DNA of 64,000 bases, from positions 4,595-68,594 of IMG/VR virus record IMGVR_UViG_3300033146_001150, one strand, 5' to 3'. Source of the DNA: a virus. Both the position numbers and the translations under genes were made by a program. Under the pieces are notes generated by a model. It was given only the letters and a program-made list of their open reading frames with translations. It did no database searches and was not told where the DNA came from. Of the stretch, positions 31,089 to 38,246 are shown one piece after another; within the stretch, counting starts at the first letter, position 1; each line of letters opens with the position of its first letter.

Positions 31089-31737
31089 AGGAGTTAAGCA
31101 ACTCCTTCTAATTAAAATGCTACGGTCAGCGTTAAATTGTTGTTATTGTGGACATAAACAATTTAAGAGAACTTTGGATGCACAATCATCTTTTGTTCGA
31201 AACCTGATTATGAGTGGTAAGTTCGGTAGGTTTTCGGTTCGATTCCGTGAATTTTGAGACACCTCCTGGCTGTGGGCTGGGAAAGGTTACTCAAAGAATG
31301 ATATTGGTAATACTCGCTGAACGAGTCGGTTCGAATCCGATATTTGTATGTGTGTAGCGGATGTAATGGCACAGCTCGTAAGAGTAACATGGTTCGATTC
31401 CCTGCTGTTATGCATATATGTCGTGATCTTCCAGTCAAACGGAAGTCTGTCAATAAAAGGCACGGTGTAGGGAGCAATGGCTCCCCTTCACGGCACAATA
31501 TATGGTGAATGAGTTTTAGTCTTTAGATTGACAGTATTCACTATTAGGACGTGGTAATTCACTCCAATTCCGAGATTGAGAAATCAATTTTCGCAGTAGT
31601 TTGGGATATCTACTATAAAAAAATCCCTAATTAAAAGCGGCTTTGGTGCAAGAGAACACGGGTATGGTGATGATTGTAGCTGAGACCATACCACCCACTA
31701 CAAGGGGAGCAGAGAGAATGGCTCTGCAAGTCGCACA
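31089..31737 (+). ncRNA. cluster of structured/tRNA-like small RNAs, or one large ncRNA
   Basis: GC-richer than flanks, no credible ORF, several GGTTCGA(A/T)TCC T-loops and closed multi-stem units. Confidence 0.5.
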
Positions 31738-31773
31738 TTATATTGTATTGATTATTTTAATTTAAGGGTTTTT

Positions 31774-32247
31774 ATGAAAAAGATTGTTTTATTGTTAGTG
31801 TTTTTAGTTTCTATGGTAATGTCTGAGCAAATGACAACAGATGATATGTATAATTGGATTATACAAGTTCAAGGAGATTCTACTGAAATCACAACAACCG
31901 ATTCGATGTATACATTTTTATTTTACACAAAGTGGAGATCGAACTTCTCTATCAGGGAAATGGACCAAGGAACAGTATATCCTGATTATTCTAGTATGGA
32001 TTGGACATTTAATATTGATAAGAAAATTGGATATGTTCTTGATATTACAGAGAATGTCACCTCATTTTATAAAATAGAAGATTTGAATTGGTATGAGTCT
32101 GATGGTAAAAATAGTATGGTTATTTCAATGAAACTCACCTCTAATGTTGGTAATACATACCACGCTATTATCAACCATGCGAATAAATCGTTAATATTGG
32201 TTGGTGAGATGGACCATGTTGTTATTCGAAGATATTATTTTAAATAA
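31774..32247 (+). CDS. exported hypothetical protein
   Basis: MKKIVLLLVFLVSMVMS signal peptide. Confidence 0.65.
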   Translation: MKKIVLLLVFLVSMVMSEQMTTDDMYNWIIQVQGDSTEITTTDSMYTFLFYTKWRSNFSIREMDQGTVYPDYSSMDWTFNIDKKIGYVLDITENVTSFYKIEDLNWYESDGKNSMVISMKLTSNVGNTYHAIINHANKSLILVGEMDHVVIRRYYFK

Positions 32248-32260
32248 CTAATAGTAACAA

Positions 32261-32335
32261 CCATCCTTAGCCAATTGGGAAGGCAGCGGTCTGCAAAACC
32301 GCTATGACTCAGTTCGATTCTGAGAGGGTGGTCCA
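32261..32335 (+). tRNA. tRNA-Cys(GCA)
   Basis: GCGGT-CTGCAAA-ACCGC; U73, CCA. Confidence 0.9.
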
Positions 32336-32345
32336 AAAATTATAT

Positions 32346-32420
32346 GCAGCGGTCGTCTAATGGTTAGGACTCATGGTTTTCATCCATGCAATCGGGTTTC
32401 GACTACCCGTCGCTGTACCA
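32346..32420 (+). tRNA. tRNA-Glu(TTC)
   Basis: CATGG-TTTTCAT-CCATG; CCA. Confidence 0.88.
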
Positions 32421-32428
32421 CATTTAAT

Positions 32429-32505
32429 GGACCGGTAGCACAATTGGTTAGTGCACCAGCCTGTCACGCTGGTGGTTGAGGGTTCGAGTCCCTTCCGGTT
32501 CGCCA
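32429..32505 (+). tRNA. tRNA-Asp(GTC)
   Basis: CCAGC-CTGTCAC-GCTGG; G73, CCA. Confidence 0.92.
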
Positions 32506-32582
32506 TTTCATCTTAGATGATATCGTCTTGTCCGTCAGTACGAGCGATATAAAATAAATAAGAACACTGACAACAGTTAAGT

Positions 32583-32659
32583 GCTACTTTAGCTCAGTTG
32601 GTAGAGCATCGGACTGAAAATCCGAGTGTTCCCTGGTTCAATCCCAGGAGGTAGCACCA
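32583..32659 (+). tRNA. tRNA-Phe(GAA)
   Basis: TCGGA-CTGAAAA-TCCGA; CCA. Confidence 0.92.
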
Positions 32660-32666
32660 ACTTTAT

Positions 32667-32743
32667 GCCATCTTAGCTCAATTGGTTAGAGCAACGGTCC
32701 TGTAAACCGTAGGTTGTGAGTTCGACTCTCACAGATGGCTCCA
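32667..32743 (+). tRNA. tRNA-Thr(TGT) with C33
   Basis: ACGGT-CCTGTAA-ACCGT; G1-C72, C2-G71; CCA. Confidence 0.8.
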
Positions 32744-32748
32744 TTTAT

Positions 32749-32825
32749 AGGGAATTAGTTCAGTTGGTTAGAACATCCGAATCATAATCGGAAGGTCGCT
32801 GGTTCGAGTCCAGTATTCCCAACCA
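32749..32825 (+). tRNA. tRNA with CAT anticodon (Met or Ile2), A1:A72 mismatch
   Basis: TCCGA-ATCATAA-TCGGA; CCA. Confidence 0.82.
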
Positions 32826-32848
32826 CACAAATTAAATCATTAAAGTCC

Positions 32849-32877
32849 TTGACATTTTAAATGACTTATTATATATT
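32849..32877 (+). promoter_or_regulatory. sigma70-like promoter
   Basis: TTGACA-N17-TATATT. Confidence 0.7.
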
Positions 32878-32908
32878 ATATCATAGAAACAACTAACATA
32901 TTAAAAGG

Positions 32909-33409
32909 ATGTGTATAATGAAGAAGATTTCAGTAGTAGCTACAGTTGTAGCATTAGTATCAATTACGATTGGTGTTATTATTTACAATCAAACTCAAAC
33001 ATTTACTAATTTAAACATACAAGACAATCTTGGTGCATTAGCGTTTGGGTTTAATGATGAGGATATCATCGATGTTGATGTTAAAGTAGAAACTAATAGA
33101 CGTACCGTTCGTATGACTATGGGCAATCCTCCAAAAAAAGCGATTATTGTTGAAATGAGTCACGAAACAGCAGAGCTAGTATTTAATAAATATAAAGATA
33201 GCAAAGAAGCATCTACTACATATAACTCTGTTGTTGTATATGACGTGTCTAATTCAGACACCACTCTTATTGGTACGGATTCAAAATTTAGATCTTTTGG
33301 TGTTAATGGGTTTTATTTCTTTATTAGTGATAATATTAAATCTGAATTTGGGTGTATGCTTGCTTTATCCGAAGACTGTCGTGATGAAGTTCGGAGAAAA
33401 ATTAACTAA
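32909..33409 (+). CDS. membrane-anchored hypothetical protein
   Basis: N-terminal hydrophobic helix. Confidence 0.6.
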   Translation: MCIMKKISVVATVVALVSITIGVIIYNQTQTFTNLNIQDNLGALAFGFNDEDIIDVDVKVETNRRTVRMTMGNPPKKAIIVEMSHETAELVFNKYKDSKEASTTYNSVVVYDVSNSDTTLIGTDSKFRSFGVNGFYFFISDNIKSEFGCMLALSEDCRDEVRRKIN

Positions 33410-33479
33410 CGTTGATAATACATATATACTATCGGGTGGTCATATGACCATCTGTAATATATTTAAAATGAGGTGAATA

Positions 33480-33830
33480 TTGGAAAACTTATTTACATTT
33501 AAAGGTAGAACCACTAGACCTATGTACTGGATATCTCAACTATTGTATGGAACAGTATATGCTCTGATGATGATCGGTCTCCGTGAAGGTAATGATGCTA
33601 TGACTTATATTGGAATTATTGGAGTTGCTATTGGGTTTGTTCCTGCTGTTGGCATACAAGTCCGTAGATTTCATGATTTAAATAAATCTGGGGCATTAGT
33701 ATTAATAAACTTGATACCTTATGTTGGGGGTTGGATTACCCTAATAATGTTGGGATTTATGGGACCAGTGAATACATTAGATAATACTAATACTTATGGT
33801 GTAGATCCTCGTAGTAGTGTATCAGAATAA
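33480..33830 (+). CDS. DUF805/YhaH-like inner membrane protein
   Basis: FTFKGRTTRPMYW, VRRFHDLNKSG, LIPYVG, NTYG.DP. Confidence 0.85.
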   Translation: MENLFTFKGRTTRPMYWISQLLYGTVYALMMIGLREGNDAMTYIGIIGVAIGFVPAVGIQVRRFHDLNKSGALVLINLIPYVGGWITLIMLGFMGPVNTLDNTNTYGVDPRSSVSE

Positions 33831-33927
33831 TTGATATAAATCGTGAGTTTATAGGTAGTGAATCGATTGATAAATATAAGTTAAAACCTAAGCCAGTGAG
33901 ATTCTGGCATTTTATTAAATAAAGTGC

Positions 33928-33956
33928 TTGACATATATAGCGACTTGGTATATATT
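33928..33956 (+). promoter_or_regulatory. sigma70-like promoter
   Basis: TTGACA-N17-TATATT. Confidence 0.7.
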
Positions 33957-33983
33957 ATATGTATGTTTAACAATGAGGTTTAT

Positions 33984-34184
33984 ATGAGTAGAAATTCAAA
34001 TTATAAAGTACCAACAGTGATTATTAACGGAAATGAAACTACATATAAAAATTTAGTATTTGCTGAGAGAGCATATAGAAAAAATTTATATGAAAATGAG
34101 CATGATCCAAATTATAAAATAATCATGGTATATAATAATTTTATTTATTATGCTAATTATGAAACTGACGAATTTAAAAAATAA
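33984..34184 (+). CDS. hypothetical protein
   Basis: GAGGT RBS before ATG 33984; downstream of promoter. Confidence 0.55.
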   Translation: MSRNSNYKVPTVIINGNETTYKNLVFAERAYRKNLYENEHDPNYKIIMVYNNFIYYANYETDEFKK

Positions 34185-34191
34185 TTAAAAT

Positions 34192-34269
34192 GCACCAGTA
34201 GTTCAGTAGGATTAGAACGGGGCACTTCTAATGCTCAGGTCGGGGGTTCGAATCCTCCCTGGTGTACCA
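34192..34269 (+). tRNA. tRNA-Arg(TCT)
   Basis: GGGCA-CTTCTAA-TGCTC; CCA. Confidence 0.9.
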
Positions 34270-34300
34270 TTTACTTTAATAAACTTTAAACGAAAGAATA

Positions 34301-34492
34301 ATGATAATGAAATTAATTGAAATTGAAACAGACTATTATATTAATTCTGAACATATATTAGGGATTAAAATCCTCAATAATGGTCCATGTGTTAAATTCT
34401 ATATGTCTAATAGCACCACTGTAGTTAAGTGTTATACCACTGAGAAGGAGCTTCAGGACATGATATCACGTTTAGGTATGGAGACTGTATGA
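34301..34492 (+). CDS. hypothetical protein
   Basis: ORF; YINSEHI motif; stop overlaps next start. Confidence 0.5.
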   Translation: MIMKLIEIETDYYINSEHILGIKILNNGPCVKFYMSNSTTVVKCYTTEKELQDMISRLGMETV

Positions 34493-34698
34493 CTAAAATC
34501 GTTATCCATGATAAGGCGTGTATAAAATGTATATACTTTGATATGGATGATTCAATTGAGGGTAGAGGTCTTTGTAAAAAGACTCCTCCTCAAATGAATA
34601 GCTATAACGGTGGAGGTGAATGGGCAAGAGTGAAGTATAATGATTGGTGTTATGGTCATGGCTTTAATCCCTTATGGGAAAAACGAATAAAGAAGTAA
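34489..34698 (+). CDS. small Cys-rich protein
   Basis: CIKC...GLCKKTPP...DWC. Confidence 0.55.
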   Translation: MTKIVIHDKACIKCIYFDMDDSIEGRGLCKKTPPQMNSYNGGGEWARVKYNDWCYGHGFNPLWEKRIKK

Positions 34699-34702
34699 CT
34701 AT

Positions 34703-34939
34703 ATGTCTATACTTAGTTGTGATGTATGTTTCCATATAGGAAATTCTTCTGAATTTTCATCTATAAGTGAAATGACGTATTATCATATATGTATAAAGTT
34801 TGGGTCTAAATATGTTGATAAATTATTAGAAACTGATACTAGATATATATGCATGGATTGTATTAATACGTTGAAAAAAATGAATGATGCTAATTATTAT
34901 CATATAATTAATCATCCAAATAAAAATAAAAAAGTTTAA
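34703..34939 (+). CDS. small Zn-finger-like protein
   Basis: CDVC...CMDC. Confidence 0.5.
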   Translation: MSILSCDVCFHIGNSSEFSSISEMTYYHICIKFGSKYVDKLLETDTRYICMDCINTLKKMNDANYYHIINHPNKNKKV

Positions 34940-34946
34940 AAAAAGG

Positions 34947-34975
34947 TTGACATTATAGTATTTTTGATATATACT
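34947..34975 (+). promoter_or_regulatory. sigma70-like promoter
   Basis: TTGACA-N17-TATACT. Confidence 0.7.
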
Positions 34976-35016
34976 ATAGTCATATATAAATTGAAAGTCT
35001 AAAAAGGACGGTTGAC

Positions 35017-35640
35017 ATGGAAATGACTCTTACGAGAGCACTCAATGAAGTTAAACTCATTGAAAAGAAGATTATGAAGTATACGAATACAGACCTAACA
35101 TGGGTGTCTATTAGTAAGAATGGTAAAATTGGTCCTCGTGCCATTGACGCTGCTAAACTTGAAAGTACAGTTAAAGAAAACAAATCGAGTTTTATGGATC
35201 TCGTTACCCGTAGAAATGTTATTAAACGTCGGATTCTTGACGCAAATAACAGTACAAGTCTTACCGTTGATGGTATTTCATATACAATTGCTGAGGCTAT
35301 CGATCTCAAATCATTTATTGAAACTGAGAAATTAGTATATAGAACTATTATTGCTCAAATTAGAAGTACTGATGGGCTATTTGCTGATAAACAAGATGAT
35401 CTTAATGATCTTGTAGAACGTACTATTTCCAATGCTCTTCAGGGTGATGGGAAAAAAGACCCAACTCTTGTTTCTGGTATTGAGAAGTCAGTTCGTGATA
35501 ATAATAAAATTGTACTTGAAGACCCTTGCAATATTCGTGAGTGGGCAACAAGTAAACTTGAATCTGTAGATGTATTTCTTAATGAGATTGATTTCAGTCT
35601 TAGTGAGATTAATGCAACTACTAAAATTTCAGTAGATTAA
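35017..35640 (+). CDS. DIP1984/DUF6847-like coiled-coil protein
   Basis: MTLTRAL, AN.ST, YTIAEAI and C-terminal LSEINATTKI motifs. Confidence 0.6.
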   Translation: MEMTLTRALNEVKLIEKKIMKYTNTDLTWVSISKNGKIGPRAIDAAKLESTVKENKSSFMDLVTRRNVIKRRILDANNSTSLTVDGISYTIAEAIDLKSFIETEKLVYRTIIAQIRSTDGLFADKQDDLNDLVERTISNALQGDGKKDPTLVSGIEKSVRDNNKIVLEDPCNIREWATSKLESVDVFLNEIDFSLSEINATTKISVD

Positions 35641-35645
35641 TATAT

Positions 35646-35952
35646 AAGTGATTGGTTGTATTGGTAGCGAAAAACTATTAATACAATCCGCCAAGCATTG
35701 CGATAAATGCTTACAATCTAATGAGGAAAATACTATTAGGAAATGCTGATACCATTACCAAAGATATAGTGAAACTAAAGCTAATAAGCTTAAAGTTTAA
35801 ACTTAAAAGATTAAATGATAAACTATAATGTTCTAAACATTTAACGTTTAAATGATAAAATTGTCTGAAATCTCTGAGTTAGTTTTTCAGGTTTTAGAAT
35901 TGTTTAACCTATAGTTTTGTACAGAGCTGCTATTTAGTACAGCCAATCACTT
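35646..35952 (+). ncRNA. ~310-nt structured RNA with closing long-range stem and UAAA-repeat loop
   Basis: AAGTGATTGGTTGTATTGGTAGC pairs with GCTATTTAGTACAGCCAATCACTT; internal hairpins; ~12 TAA(A)-initiated 6-8-nt units; T run after the stem. Confidence 0.65.
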
Positions 35953-35964
35953 TTTTATATACAT

Positions 35965-36041
35965 GAGCTGTTAACTTAGTTGGTTAAAGTACCTTTCTCA
36001 TAAAAAGGAGACCCAGGGTTCAAGTCCCTGACAGCTCACCA
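35965..36041 (+). tRNA. tRNA with CAT anticodon (elongator Met or Ile2)
   Basis: CCTTT-CTCATAA-AAAGG; CCA. Confidence 0.85.
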
Positions 36042-36063
36042 ATACAATATAATGATACTAAGC

Positions 36064-36136
36064 CCGTGAGTAGTTCAATCGGTTAGAGCACTAGCCTGTG
36101 ACGCTAGAAATTTGGATTCGAGTTCCAACTTGCGGA
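36064..36136 (+). tRNA. tRNA-His(GTG)-like, no encoded CCA
   Basis: CTAGC-CTGTGAC-GCTAG; normal D and T arms. Confidence 0.65.
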
Positions 36137-36202
36137 CTTAGTATTATTTTAATAATTTAAATTTTAACGAGGGTGTGGTGGAATAGGTAGACACTCAAGA
36201 CT

Positions 36203-36685
36203 TTGAGATATTTAATGTATGAAAACTGTGTAATATATGGTCCATATACTAGTGATGATGGTAGATTACGTATTTATGTTTCTGGTGATACTATAAATAC
36301 TACAATATCTTATCCTAAGTATATTATGGAATGTTATATTAATAGGTATTTATTGCCTAATGAAATTGTACACCATATTGATGGTGATGTTTCAAATAAT
36401 GATATATCTAATTTAATTGTACTAGATCGGTCAGAGCATGCTAAATTGCATGCTAACCGATTAATTGAGCAAGAATTTGTATGTCCTTATTGTAATACAT
36501 CATTTATTCTTGTAGGTACTAAATTGAAAAATGCTATAGCGAACAGCAAACGTGGTAAACGTGGACCGTTCTGTTGTAGAAGCTGTGCTGGTAAATATGG
36601 AAGATCTATTCAATTGGGACTTATCTCCCCTATAGATGAAACTATAATTACCCCAACATACATTAATACCATTGAGCGGCTATAA
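36203..36685 (+). CDS. intron-encoded HNH homing endonuclease (start possibly ATG 36215)
   Basis: VHHIDGDVSNNDISNL...EHAKLH; C-terminal CPYC...FCCRSC. Confidence 0.85.
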   Translation: MRYLMYENCVIYGPYTSDDGRLRIYVSGDTINTTISYPKYIMECYINRYLLPNEIVHHIDGDVSNNDISNLIVLDRSEHAKLHANRLIEQEFVCPYCNTSFILVGTKLKNAIANSKRGKRGPFCCRSCAGKYGRSIQLGLISPIDETIITPTYINTIERL

Positions 36686-36927
36686 TGAAAATTATAGTTA
36701 GAATCGGATGAATTCAGGGAACCCTTATCAGATTATACTGATGGCAATCCTGAGCGAAGCCTTACACGATACTTGTAAGGAACGTGCAGAGACTAGATGG
36801 TTTAGCAGGCGTGCTATGTAATACATCATTAGCGTCCGACATCTAAACAGATTAAGCTGTAGATGATGATATAGTCCAGACCACAAATATACATATTAAG
36901 TATAGCTACGAAAGTAGTAGTGGTATG
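36204..36927 (+). mobile_element. group I intron (IC3-like) with HNH ORF in L1
   Basis: P/Q/R/S-like elements AATTCAGGGAAACC, AATCCTGAGC, GCAGAGACTA, GATATAGTCC; ATTGAGC guide; terminal G. Confidence 0.88.
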
Positions 36928-37003
36928 AAAATCTTGTGGGCGTAAGCTCGTGCGGGTTCAAGTCCCGCCACCCTTACCATTTCAACAAAAAAAGAGGAAA
37001 AAT

Positions 37004-37231
37004 ATGATTAAAGAACCAAGCAAAGAAGAAGTAAAAACCATAGCAAAGGACCTTGGGATTAAAGTAACACAATCGGTTGTCACTGAGGAGTCTGTTGTTG
37101 TCCGTCGCCATAAAACAAAACAGCAATTAATCATTGCGATCCAAAATTCAGAAGGAAATAGTCCGTGTTATAAAGCTATTACTGGATGTGGACAAACTGA
37201 CTGCTGTTGGTTTTCGTCTTGTCAAAAATAG
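37004..37231 (+). CDS. SAP/Rho-N-like small protein with Cys-rich tail
   Basis: IAKDLGIK...KQQLIIAIQNSEGNSPC...CGQTDCCW...C; GAGG RBS. Confidence 0.65.
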   Translation: MIKEPSKEEVKTIAKDLGIKVTQSVVTEESVVVRRHKTKQQLIIAIQNSEGNSPCYKAITGCGQTDCCWFSSCQK

Positions 37232-37262
37232 ACATTAGAAATTTATATAAGTATTAATGTAT

Positions 37263-37336
37263 AGCGGGATGTAGTAAGGGTAGCTTGTCAGTCTCATAAG
37301 CTGACGTTGGGGGTTCGAATCCCTCTCCCGCAACCA
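37263..37336 (+). tRNA. initiator-like tRNA-Met(CAT)
   Basis: AGCGGGA/TCCCGCA acceptor with 1:72 mismatch; CTCATAA loop; CCA. Confidence 0.82.
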
Positions 37337-37355
37337 CCGTTCATATAATAACCTA

Positions 37356-37733
37356 GTGGGGGTTAATTTGAGTAAAAAGAATCATGTATTAACTGAAGAA
37401 GAGCGTGTCAATTGGCTACAATCGTCTGCTGATATTTTAAAAACTATCTTTTTAGTTGATAATGACGGAGAAAAAGAAATGGGTATAGTTTCAGATCTTA
37501 TTGAAGTATCTGATGATACCTTTGTATTTTATGCATCTACTGATTTTGAGTCAGACCGAGCAATTGAGTATATTGTTAAAGTTACTGAAGCTACTCGTAG
37601 TCATGAAGAGGATGATGCAGTAGCTGAAGCTGAAGCTAAACAATCTAATATCATAAGCAATCCTAATACTGGGATTATCACTGACCCTAATGTTGGTAAA
37701 ATTATTGGTATTAATGGTGAAGTTTTATCATAG
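37356..37733 (+). CDS. hypothetical protein
   Basis: ORF followed by terminator. Confidence 0.55.
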   Translation: MGVNLSKKNHVLTEEERVNWLQSSADILKTIFLVDNDGEKEMGIVSDLIEVSDDTFVFYASTDFESDRAIEYIVKVTEATRSHEEDDAVAEAEAKQSNIISNPNTGIITDPNVGKIIGINGEVLS

Positions 37734-37757
37734 TGTAATTATATTACATATACACGT

Positions 37758-37792
37758 AAACCCCATACATAGTAATATGTATGGGGTTTTTT
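37758..37792 (+). terminator. rho-independent terminator
   Basis: AAACCCCATACAT/ATGTATGGGGTTT followed by T run. Confidence 0.75.
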
Positions 37793-37839
37793 ATTATATA
37801 TAAATACTAACAGTTAAACATTTAAAGATTGGAATTAGT

Positions 37840-38229
37840 ATGAGTTTACTTGCAGAAATGGCAAATAGATATATTTGGGAAGGTGATGATTCTGAAGTAG
37901 AAGAAGCACCAGAAGTAGAAGAAGAAACCCCAGAATATGAGCCTGAAGTTGTTGATGGTGAAGAAGCACCAGAAGTAGAAGAAGAAGTTGATGGTGGTCA
38001 GTCTATAGTAGATACCCTCATGAGCGTAGCCTCTGAATATGAAAAAACAATCCATAGTATGCTTAAATATGCAGCCAACACGGATGATGATGAAAATGTA
38101 TTTGATGATGCGTTGCGTTATTATGAGGATAATATTCTTAATGCCGATGAATCTGAAGAGGCTGAAGAGGCTGAAGAGGCTGAAGAGGCTGAAGATGATA
38201 TTGAGTATGAAGACGAAGAATTAGAATAA
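37840..38229 (+). CDS. highly acidic late protein
   Basis: TATAAATA near 37799; EEAPEVEEE duplicated; EEA repeats. Confidence 0.65.
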   Translation: MSLLAEMANRYIWEGDDSEVEEAPEVEEETPEYEPEVVDGEEAPEVEEEVDGGQSIVDTLMSVASEYEKTIHSMLKYAANTDDDENVFDDALRYYEDNILNADESEEAEEAEEAEEAEDDIEYEDEELE

Positions 38230-38246
38230 TACTAAACGGAGGTATT

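Larger units (their letters stand above)
36169..36979 (+). tRNA. tRNA-Leu(TAA) interrupted by a group I intron (exons 36169-36203 and 36928-36979)
   Basis: Spliced anticodon arm CAAGA-CTT^AAAA-TCTTG; long variable arm; ACCA end. Confidence 0.9.

Noticed and set aside
30360-31498. ORFs 30360..30575, 31069..31257 and 31208..31498
   Set aside because: They overlap tRNAs or structured RNA, with atypical composition and no RBS.
30974-31740. Possible tmRNA
   Set aside because: The GGGG...ACCA unit is only ~110 nt, has G3-C70, and no tag ORF was recognised. A permuted form cannot be fully excluded.
32667-32743. Reading this tRNA as Tyr(GTA)
   Set aside because: The stem register gives loop CCTGTAA (TGT), and there is no long variable arm.
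35770-35865. CRISPR array or type III toxin-antitoxin repeat
   Set aside because: Units are only 6-8 nt and degenerate, with no spacers, and lie downstream of the gene. No cas genes are present.
36950-37003. N-terminal extension of ORF 36950..37231
   Set aside because: It overlaps the tRNA-Leu 3' exon; the RBS supports ATG 37004.
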